Origin: Pseudomonadota bacterium | GTDB taxonomy: Bacteria > Bdellovibrionota > FAC87 > UBA2466 | Length of the DNA: 13,842 nt | Reading direction: 5' to 3' | Assembly (NCBI GenBank): GCA_043767805.1 | Contig: JAYUGC010000076.1 | Coordinates: forward strand, 1 to 13,842 | Shown here: positions 1-6,431 of the stretch, piece after piece | Layout of the letters: every line of letters begins with the position of its first letter | Numbering within the stretch: position 1 is the stretch's first letter | The notes under the pieces: generated by a model | What the model saw: the letters and a program-made list of their open reading frames with translations, nothing else | Told to the model about the DNA's origin: nothing | Databases searched by the model: none | Program-made: the position numbers and the translations under genes

Positions 1-60
1 CCGAAAAAAAGGATCGGGACGGCGTGTTGGACTGTGCCAAGGCTTAAACCGTCAGATGCT

Positions 61-85
61 CGCGCCGTAGGCGCGCACCTTTTTT
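61..85 (+). terminator. Possible intrinsic terminator immediately upstream of the recombinase
   Basis: Hairpin CGCGCC-GTA-GGCGCG (61-75) followed by CACC and T6 (80-85). Confidence 0.4.
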
Positions 86-86
86 A

Positions 87-1715
87 CTGAATGGTTACAG
101 TCTTATAAAGAAAAACACTTCGCACAAAATCGCCCTCTACGTCCGGGTATCGACCGAAGAGCAGGCCAATAATCCGGAAGGCTCTATCAAGAGCCAGGAA
201 CAACGGCTCCGACAACACGTCGAGTTTCAAAATCAAAATGGAAACTCAGGGGAAATCGTTGCGACGTTCATTGATCGGGCGCGGTCGGGAAAGGATACGA
301 ATCGGCCGGAACTCCAACGAATGCTTCGAGCCATCCGAAACCGAGAAGTGAGTCTAATCGTTGTCACAGAGCTATCGCGTCTTTCTCGGTCGATCAGAGA
401 CTTCTGTGAGATCTGGGATCTCATGCGCTCGTGCGATTGCGAGTTTCAATCGTTAAGAGAACAGTTCGATACCACCTCCGCCGCTGGCGAAATGATCCTC
501 TACACGATTGCCAATATCGCGCAGTTCGAACGCAAACAAACCTCGGAAAGAACTCGCTTGAACTTCCAGGCTCGCGCGGAACGGGGCCTATTCAATGGTG
601 GAGCAATTCCAGTGGGGTACCGGCGTGATCTAGAGAAAAAAGGCTACCTCCTTATCGACGATACCGAAGCGACTCTTATGCGGGAAATATTCAGTACCTT
701 TCTGAACGAAGGGACTCTCACCAAGACGGGGGTTTCGCTCAACGAAAGAGGCTTCCGTCTTAGTCGAAGACGCGAAGGAAGTGGCTCCAAGTCGCGCTTG
801 GGATATTTCACGGTGGAAAATTTGTGGAAGATATTGACCAATCCCTTGTATGCCGGGCAACGCAGATTCACTGTGAATGGAGAGGAGCGAACCTCAAAGT
901 CATCCTGTGATGCGATCATCGATCCGGCCGCGTTCAAGCGTGTGCAAGATAGTTTAGCTACGAACCATCGTCGGAACAAATTAACTCGCAGAGATCGCTA
1001 TCCCTACACCCTCTCAGGGCGTGTCTTTTGCGCGCAATGCGGCGACCACCTTTCGGGAAAATCCGCTCATGGGAATGGGGGAAAAGTCGGCTATTACGAG
1101 CATGCTTGGGCTACAAAACGTCAGTCTTGCTTAAAAAAGAAGACTTTCACCTGCAAACCCCATCGAGTTCCGGCCAAGCGGCTAGAAATCGCCGTGTGGG
1201 ACGAAATCGGGAAACTTCTCGGTTCGCCGGAGATAGCGCACTCACTTATCAACCAGGCCCATAAGGAACATAAATCAAAGGGCTCGGTCGTCGAAACAGA
1301 CAAACTCCGGGCACGAACACGAGAGGTCGATGAGCAAATTGAGGCATTAGCAGAGCACCTTTCCCAAATCCCGAAGGGAGTCTCTCCGGCGCCGGTCTAT
1401 TCGCAGATGCAAAAGCTCGAAGGGCGGAAGGCGGAAGCGATGAAGGAACTGGACGACCTGGCAAGGGAGAGCACCTGTGGTGACGAGCCGGTTGGTCTAA
1501 AGGACTATCAGGAATTCCTGTCCGCGCTTCAATCCCTTCTAAGCTTCTCGGACTCAGTGGAATTCAAATCCAATCTCATCAAGTGGCTCGTTGCCAAAAT
1601 CGAGGTGTTACCGAGCAGTTTCCGGATGCACTTCTACGTCGGGACCTGCATCCGCGGATTGAATCAGGAATTTAGGCACAAGTCAGGCTGGAGTCTTGTA
1701 TCACCCGTTGGGTGA
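87..1715 (+). CDS. Large serine recombinase (integrase: resolvase catalytic domain + recombinase domain + Zn ribbon + coiled coil); start uncertain, C-terminus probably IS-derived after 1644
   Basis: The frame of ORF 321..1715 is open back to TAA at 45-47 and reads ...HKIALYVRVSTEEQANNPEGSIKSQEQRL...FIDRARSGKDTNRPELQRM, with the catalytic YxRVS motif at 138-152. Later motifs: ELSRLSRS, AQFERKQTSER, GGAIPVGY, ILTNPLYAG, LSGRVFCAQCG (Zn ribbon). There is no in-frame ATG/GTG/TTG before 321; CTG 87 and ATA 105 are candidates. Confidence 0.92.
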   Translation: MNGYSLIKKNTSHKIALYVRVSTEEQANNPEGSIKSQEQRLRQHVEFQNQNGNSGEIVATFIDRARSGKDTNRPELQRMLRAIRNREVSLIVVTELSRLSRSIRDFCEIWDLMRSCDCEFQSLREQFDTTSAAGEMILYTIANIAQFERKQTSERTRLNFQARAERGLFNGGAIPVGYRRDLEKKGYLLIDDTEATLMREIFSTFLNEGTLTKTGVSLNERGFRLSRRREGSGSKSRLGYFTVENLWKILTNPLYAGQRRFTVNGEERTSKSSCDAIIDPAAFKRVQDSLATNHRRNKLTRRDRYPYTLSGRVFCAQCGDHLSGKSAHGNGGKVGYYEHAWATKRQSCLKKKTFTCKPHRVPAKRLEIAVWDEIGKLLGSPEIAHSLINQAHKEHKSKGSVVETDKLRARTREVDEQIEALAEHLSQIPKGVSPAPVYSQMQKLEGRKAEAMKELDDLARESTCGDEPVGLKDYQEFLSALQSLLSFSDSVEFKSNLIKWLVAKIEVLPSSFRMHFYVGTCIRGLNQEFRHKSGWSLVSPVG

Positions 1716-1819
1716 AGCGCCGAGACCCCCTTTCCCCTTTCTTTGATCCGCCGCATCCAGAAAATGAGCTTTTCAAGGATCTGCTCGGATCGTACCCGTA
1801 GTGGAGTTGGGAGGCTGCG

Positions 1820-3205
1820 ATGGTTAGGAAAGAATGGCGTCCACGGCATGTAAAGTTGGTGCCGACGAAGGAAAAGCTGACGGATGCGGTGGGTCTGGGG
1901 TCCATGGTCGAGGTATTCGACCACAGCACTTTATCCAAGGATTTTGCTCGCTGCCTACCACCTCGAACCAGCCCTCGGTCCTTCGGTAGTTATCGGTTGG
2001 GGCTCATTCAGATTTCCAGCTTCCTCTACGGCCACGATTCTCTAGATGACCTAGAGGAGTTCCAAGATGACCCGGCTCTGGAAGCCATCATGCGTGGGGA
2101 GACGGTAGCACCTCGAACGATGGGAGATTTCCTTCGCGATTTTGAGCCCGAGCATCTCGCCCAGCTCAATCGATACCTGGCGCAGATGTCCTATCGAATA
2201 CGCCGACAGATGGGCTCTATTTTGCCCGAGGTCCACCGGCCCGGCCTTGCCCCTCACCTGAGCATAGACTCTACCTCTCATGAGCAATGCGGGCAGAAGA
2301 TGGAAGGAGTAGCGTGGAATTACGAAAATAAATGGTGCCTCAATTCTCAGGTTATCTTCGACGAGCTGGGGCTCAACTACGGAATGCAGCTCAGAGCGGG
2401 CAACACCGGCAATAGCGTGGGTGCGAGAGACCTTATCGATAGCGCCTTCTCGCCCTGGGGCAAGCAGGAGGAGAAGTACCTGAGCGCCGATTCCGCCTAC
2501 TGCAATCAGGACGTGATTCGGACCTGTCTGGAGAGACGCATCCATTTTACGATTACCGCAAACGATGCCACCACCAACTGGCGAGCCCATGTCGGCGAGG
2601 TTTCGAACTGGACCAGCTGGCAGTACTCAATCGAGCAGACAACAAAGGCATTGAACCGAGAAAAACCGCCCCCCAAAATCGAGGTGGGCTCAATGCTTTG
2701 GACCCCGGGATGGGCGGACAATATTCGCTTCAATATCGTCGTAAAGCGAACCTGGGTTGAATCGGAGCAAGCCTCCCTCTTCGGCGACGGACACTGGGAC
2801 TACTACGGCATCGTCATTGCGCTACCCCAACTGAAATTTACCCTTCAACAGGCGGTCGAGTTCCACAACAAGCGGGGAAATGCCGAAAACTTCATCCGAG
2901 AGGAAAAGTACGGTTACGACCTCAAACACTTTCCGTGCCTGAAGCTCGGAGCCAATTACGCCTACGGCCTGTTTGCCATGGTCGCTCACAATATCCTGAG
3001 GTGGGTAGCTATCGTCGAGCGGCCCCACAAACCTCACTTCTCCAAAAAGCTTAGGCGACGATTCATCTTCATTCCGGGAAAGGTCGTCCAACATGCAAGG
3101 TCCCTTTGCATGAAAATACCGGAACGATTCTTCAAGGAGGTGCAACGCCTACGCAAAGCTTGGCAGTTACCGCTTCATCCTGCTCCGGCCTGGGCATCAG
3201 GATAG
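1820..3205 (+). CDS. IS1380-family DDE transposase (DDE_Tnp_1_4-like)
   Basis: 461 aa, preceded by SD-like GGGAGG. Motifs LSIDST (D), SADSAY (D), HNKRGNAENFIRE (E), LKHFPC, ANYAY...AHN, and LRRRFIFIPGKVVQHAR are typical of IS1380 transposases. Confidence 0.92.
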   Translation: MVRKEWRPRHVKLVPTKEKLTDAVGLGSMVEVFDHSTLSKDFARCLPPRTSPRSFGSYRLGLIQISSFLYGHDSLDDLEEFQDDPALEAIMRGETVAPRTMGDFLRDFEPEHLAQLNRYLAQMSYRIRRQMGSILPEVHRPGLAPHLSIDSTSHEQCGQKMEGVAWNYENKWCLNSQVIFDELGLNYGMQLRAGNTGNSVGARDLIDSAFSPWGKQEEKYLSADSAYCNQDVIRTCLERRIHFTITANDATTNWRAHVGEVSNWTSWQYSIEQTTKALNREKPPPKIEVGSMLWTPGWADNIRFNIVVKRTWVESEQASLFGDGHWDYYGIVIALPQLKFTLQQAVEFHNKRGNAENFIREEKYGYDLKHFPCLKLGANYAYGLFAMVAHNILRWVAIVERPHKPHFSKKLRRRFIFIPGKVVQHARSLCMKIPERFFKEVQRLRKAWQLPLHPAPAWASG

Positions 3206-3258
3206 CGCCCGCCGCGCCGGCTGATCTTTGACAACTCGTTCGGTTACCCAGTGGGGTC

Positions 3259-3318
3259 AATTGGACGGGGTCGAGGATTTGAAACTCGCGACAAAGCTAG
3301 CCAACTGACTACACCCAA
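3259..3318 (-). other. Degenerate tRNA-like segment lacking the anticodon arm
   Basis: Four blocks are colinear with the tRNA-His locus at 3523-3601: AATTGG, GGATTTGAA, CGACA, and CTAGCCAACTGA-CTACACCCA (20/22 columns identical to 3580-3601). About 19 nt covering the anticodon arm are absent. Confidence 0.6.
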
Positions 3319-3403
3319 TGGCGGTGGTGCGCCCAAACACACCCCGATGGCCCTGACGAGCAGCACGCCTCGGTAACTCCACTGCTCAAAAAGAGGGTGA
3401 TAC

Positions 3404-3444
3404 AAAAAAAGCGGTTACGCTTCGCCTGGCGAACGTGAACCGCT
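3404..3444 (-). terminator. Intrinsic terminator (minus strand), distal of a tandem pair
   Basis: Long bulged hairpin GCGGTT-ACG-C-TTCGC-CTG-GCGAA-CGT-G-AACCGC (3411-3443). The A7 at 3404-3410 gives a U-tract on the minus strand. Confidence 0.7.
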
Positions 3445-3448
3445 AAAC

Positions 3449-3479
3449 AAAAAAAATCCCACATGCTCTCGCATGCGGG
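3449..3479 (-). terminator. Intrinsic terminator (minus strand), proximal to tRNA-His
   Basis: The minus strand reads CCCGCATGC-GAGA-GCATGTGGG-A-T8: a 9-bp stem with one G-U pair, a GNRA loop and a U-tract. Confidence 0.8.
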
Positions 3480-3525
3480 GTTAACGCGCTTAATCCACCG
3501 ATTTGGGTTCGAATACTATTGTAAT

Positions 3526-3603
3526 TGGGGTGGATGAGGGGATTTGAACCCCCGACACCCAGAGTCACAGTCTGGTGCTCTAACCAACTGAGCTACACCC
3601 ACC
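3526..3603 (-). tRNA. tRNA-His (anticodon GUG) with encoded G-1 and CCA
   Basis: Minus strand GGTGGGTGTAGCTCAGTTGGTTAGAGCACCAGACTGTGACTCTGGGTGTCGGGGGTTCAAATCCCCTCATCCACCCCA. Acceptor stem GTGGGTG/CATCCAC, G-1:C73 pair, anticodon arm CCAGA-CTGTGAC-TCTGG, T loop TTCAAAT. Confidence 0.97.
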
Positions 3604-3627
3604 ACATAGAAATCCAGGGACCGGCCT

Positions 3628-3655
3628 AATCTAAAGATTTCTTCCGCTACGTCAA
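3628..3655 (-). promoter_or_regulatory. sigma70-type promoter of tRNA-His
   Basis: Minus strand TTGACG (3655-3650), 16 nt, TAGATT (3633-3628), followed by a GC-rich discriminator AGGCCGG as in stable-RNA promoters. Confidence 0.7.
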
Positions 3656-3659
3656 GTAT

Positions 3660-3688
3660 TTGAGATCGCCGCAAAACCTAGTTAAAAT
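3660..3688 (+). promoter_or_regulatory. sigma70-type promoter of the SPOR-lgt gene cluster
   Basis: TTGAGA (3660-3665), 17 nt, TAAAAT (3683-3688), ending 50 nt before ATG 3739. Confidence 0.7.
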
Positions 3689-3738
3689 AGATCCATCCCA
3701 CATCAGCCGGCCCGATCCCTGGAAACACCGCGCCAAAT

Positions 3739-4554
3739 ATGAGCAATCAGCCCTCCGCACTCCGCTTTGAACACCGCGAGGTAGCGGTCATCTTTAGCCT
3801 TTTCATCTTCGTTTCGCTCCTTATGTTCACGGTGGGTATCGTGGTCGGCAAAGGCATCACCCAGGCCAAGCCCGAGGGGTTCGCGGCCACCCTGACCCAA
3901 AACGCCCCGGTTCCCGCTCCTCCTCCGGCCGATCGGTTCGAGCGCCACGGCGGCAGCTCGGTGAACTACCCGACGCAGAACCCGGCCGCGCTCGCAAACC
4001 GCGCCCCGGCCGAAGCCCCCGCCGCTGAAGCTAAAGAGCCTACTGCCCCCGAGCCCTTGAAGCTCATTCCGAAAGTGAAAGTCGCGGCAACCCCGGCGGA
4101 AGTCGCGGCCCACAAAGAGGCCGAAGCCCTCACCAAGAATCCGAAGATCCGCGCGCTGCTCGAAGGCTACGGCGCTCCCGCTGGGAAAGTCGCCGCGAAG
4201 GCCCCGACTCCCGAAGTAAAAAAAGAAATCGCTCCCGAAGAACCGCGCGCGACCGCCTCCGTCCCGCCTCCGGTCGCAGCACCTCCGAGTTTCGCGAACG
4301 GCCCGTTCACGGTGCAAGTGGGTTCCTATCCCACGAAAGCCGACGCCGTCGATCGCATCAATCAATTGACGACGCTTGGTTTCCCCCACGCCTACCTCTC
4401 CGTGAAGAAGTTCGGCGATGGAAAAGAAATTTGGTATCGAGTATGGTTAGGCTATTACCCCGACATGGGAACCGCCAAAAAGAGCGGTGAGTTCCTTCAA
4501 CAGCGGGGTGAGGTGAACAATTATCTCATCCGAAAATCTGATAACCCAGGGTAA
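3739..4554 (+). CDS. SPOR-domain membrane-anchored protein (FtsN/DedD-like architecture)
   Basis: N-terminal TM helix (VAVIFSLFIFVSLLMFTVGIVVG), Pro/Ala-rich linker, C-terminal SPOR motifs FTVQVGSYPTKADA and WYRVWLGYY. Confidence 0.88.
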   Translation: MSNQPSALRFEHREVAVIFSLFIFVSLLMFTVGIVVGKGITQAKPEGFAATLTQNAPVPAPPPADRFERHGGSSVNYPTQNPAALANRAPAEAPAAEAKEPTAPEPLKLIPKVKVAATPAEVAAHKEAEALTKNPKIRALLEGYGAPAGKVAAKAPTPEVKKEIAPEEPRATASVPPPVAAPPSFANGPFTVQVGSYPTKADAVDRINQLTTLGFPHAYLSVKKFGDGKEIWYRVWLGYYPDMGTAKKSGEFLQQRGEVNNYLIRKSDNPG

Positions 4555-4891
4555 GAAGACCGTCAAACCGTGGGGCTACGAGATCCTTTGGGCATTGACC
4601 CGGGACTACGTGGGCAAGATTCTCTTCGTCAAACAAGGCGAAAGTCTCAGCATGCAGTACCACCGCATCAAGGAAGAAACTATGATCGTAGAAAGCGGTC
4701 ACTGCATCCTGCAAACCGGGATGTCGGAAGATTCCCTGGAGACCGTCGATTTCACGGCGGGCAGCGTTTTCCACATCGTACCGGGCCGCATTCACCGGCT
4801 GACCGCGAAAACCGATTGCCGCATCTTCGAAGTCTCCACGCCTCACTTAGACGACGTCGTCCGTCTCCAAGATCGTTATGGCAGATCCTAA
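4523..4891 (+). CDS. Cupin-domain protein (type II mannose-6-phosphate isomerase C-terminal-like); start uncertain
   Basis: The frame of ORF 4595..4891 extends upstream through KPWGYEILWA (KPWG at 4565-4576). Other motifs: SLSMQYHRIKEET, PGRIHRL, EVSTPHLDDVVRLQDRYGR. The frame is bounded by TGA at 4514-4516; ATT 4520 or ATC 4523 follows SD GAGGTGA. Confidence 0.85.
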   Translation: MSSENLITQGKKTVKPWGYEILWALTRDYVGKILFVKQGESLSMQYHRIKEETMIVESGHCILQTGMSEDSLETVDFTAGSVFHIVPGRIHRLTAKTDCRIFEVSTPHLDDVVRLQDRYGRS

Positions 4892-5918
4892 GCTTTTAGC
4901 CGTCATTTTGTCGGGTGGCAGCGGGACTCGCTTCTGGCCTCTGAGCAAGAAGACGCTTCCGAAACAATACCTTTCCCTCTTTGGCGGGCTCACCCTCGTT
5001 CAAGAGACGGCCGATCGCCTGGAAGGCGTGGTCGCCTCCGATCACCTCTACACGATTTCGACCGAGTCGCAGCGGGCGCTCCTGAAATCTCAGCTCCCTC
5101 AAGTAACCAATCATCTTTTCGAGCCAGAAGCGAAAAACACGGCCCCTTGTGTGATGCTCACCGCGGTGGAGCTTATCAATCGTAACGTTCCGCTCGATAC
5201 CGTGCTCACCGTACTTCCGGCGGATCACCATATCGCCGACAAAGGCGCGTTTCGCGCGGCCTTGAAAAAAGCCGCCACCTTCGCGCACCGTCACGACGCG
5301 CTCGTGACCTTCGGCATTCAGCCTGATTGTCCCCACACAGGCTACGGCTACATCGAAGCCGGCGATCCCGCGCCCGGCTCGGACTTAAACCGCGTCCGCC
5401 GCTTTGTCGAAAAGCCGAACGCGCAAAAGGCCGAGCAGTTTCTGCGCTCGGGCAATTTTTATTGGAACAGCGGCATGTTCGTGTGGACGCTGAAGGCCAT
5501 CTCCTCCGCCTTCGAGAAATACCTTGGCGAGGATTGGCGCCGGCTGCGCGCCGCGAAAGACGCCAAAGAGCGCGAGACGGTGTATCGGACTCTCAAAGCC
5601 GCGCCCATCGATACTGCCATTCTCGAAAAAGCGGACAATGTTTACGTTCTGCCGGCGAGTATGGGCTGGAGCGACGTTGGTTCCTGGAACGCGCTCTACG
5701 AACTCACCGGTAAAGACGCGGCGACCAACGCGGTCCTCTCGGGCACAGCGACGTCGCTGGAGAGTAAAGGCTGTCTCGTGTCTCTTCCCTCCGGGAAAAA
5801 GGTCGCGTTAGTCGGCGTCGAAGATCTCATCATCGTCGAGAGCGAAGGCCACTTGCTCATTTGCCGCCGCGATAAAGATCAGCTCGTTCGCGAAGCGTCC
5901 AAAATCCTCGATCCTTGA
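4878..5918 (+). CDS. manC: Mannose-1-phosphate guanylyltransferase
   Basis: Motifs VILSGGSGTRFWPLS...PKQYL, EPEAKNTAP, LPADHHI, TGYGYIE, FVEKPN, WNSGMF, WSDVGSW. At 346 aa it lacks the fused cupin domain. Confidence 0.95.
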   Translation: MADPKLLAVILSGGSGTRFWPLSKKTLPKQYLSLFGGLTLVQETADRLEGVVASDHLYTISTESQRALLKSQLPQVTNHLFEPEAKNTAPCVMLTAVELINRNVPLDTVLTVLPADHHIADKGAFRAALKKAATFAHRHDALVTFGIQPDCPHTGYGYIEAGDPAPGSDLNRVRRFVEKPNAQKAEQFLRSGNFYWNSGMFVWTLKAISSAFEKYLGEDWRRLRAAKDAKERETVYRTLKAAPIDTAILEKADNVYVLPASMGWSDVGSWNALYELTGKDAATNAVLSGTATSLESKGCLVSLPSGKKVALVGVEDLIIVESEGHLLICRRDKDQLVREASKILDP

Positions 5919-5972
5919 ACCGCGCCGATCGCCGGTTGCCGGGCCCCGCCCTTGAGCGGTAGGATCTGATCC

Positions 5973-6431
5973 ATGGCCGTCTCCTTGGACATCCCCTTTA
6001 AAGCGTCTTTGCACAGCGTGCGCTCGCCTGCCGATACGCTGGCGTACCTGTCGAAATGGGAAGAGTCTGTCGGCAAACAGTTTCCGGGACTCAAATCCTT
6101 CCGCCAGACGGACCCCGGTATTTACGCCTGGGAGTTCCAGGAGGTGGGCTATCAAAACATCAAGCTCGCCATCGCCTTCAGCACCCAGATGAGGGCGACG
6201 CCGCCCCTCTCGGCGACGGTTTCGCCGCACTCGGGCCCTCACAAACTATTCCTGCAATGGACGGTCAGTCCAGACGGGAAAGGCGCCAAAGCCGATCTCG
6301 ATTTGAAGTTCAACGTGGAGTTACCCGTTCCGGGCCTCCTCAAAGCCCTCGTGTCCGGCTTCGCCCGCACCGAGCTCACCAAGCTCCTGGAGCGCTACGC
6401 CGCCAATGTGGAAAAAACTCTCTCGGCATAG
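5973..6431 (+). CDS. Hypothetical protein, possible SRPBCC/CoxG-like (START-fold) lipid-binding protein
   Basis: 152 aa, fills the gap in the operon. Beta-rich core and C-terminal LPVPGLLKALV...YAANVEKTL helix pattern resemble CoxG/SRPBCC proteins. The fold assignment is from pattern only. Confidence 0.6.
   Translation: MAVSLDIPFKASLHSVRSPADTLAYLSKWEESVGKQFPGLKSFRQTDPGIYAWEFQEVGYQNIKLAIAFSTQMRATPPLSATVSPHSGPHKLFLQWTVSPDGKGAKADLDLKFNVELPVPGLLKALVSGFARTELTKLLERYAANVEKTLSA

Larger units (their letters stand above)
1645..3507 (+). mobile_element. IS1380-family insertion sequence (about 1863 bp)
   Basis: Contains an IS1380-type transposase. Imperfect terminal inverted repeats CCTGCATCCGCGGATT (1645-1660) and revcomp of 3492-3507 CCCAAATCGGTGGATT match at 11/16 and both start CC. 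No target-site duplication is visible (flanks CGGGA / TTCGA), so the ends are approximate. Confidence 0.7.

Noticed and set aside
3259..3318. Second functional tRNA gene
   Set aside because: There is no anticodon arm, the D stem is broken, G53 is replaced and only about 4 acceptor pairs form. Kept only as a tRNA-like segment.
3351..3397. Hammerhead ribozyme-like core CTGACGA followed by a stem
   Set aside because: The stem GCAG/CTGC is followed by TCAAAA rather than the required GAAA, and I could not build stems I and III with a cleavage triplet.
1696..3405. 11-bp inverted repeat as the true IS termini
   Set aside because: No flanking duplication, it does not begin with the CC typical of IS1380 ends, and recombinase-like sequence appears to stop at 1644. 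Treated as subterminal.
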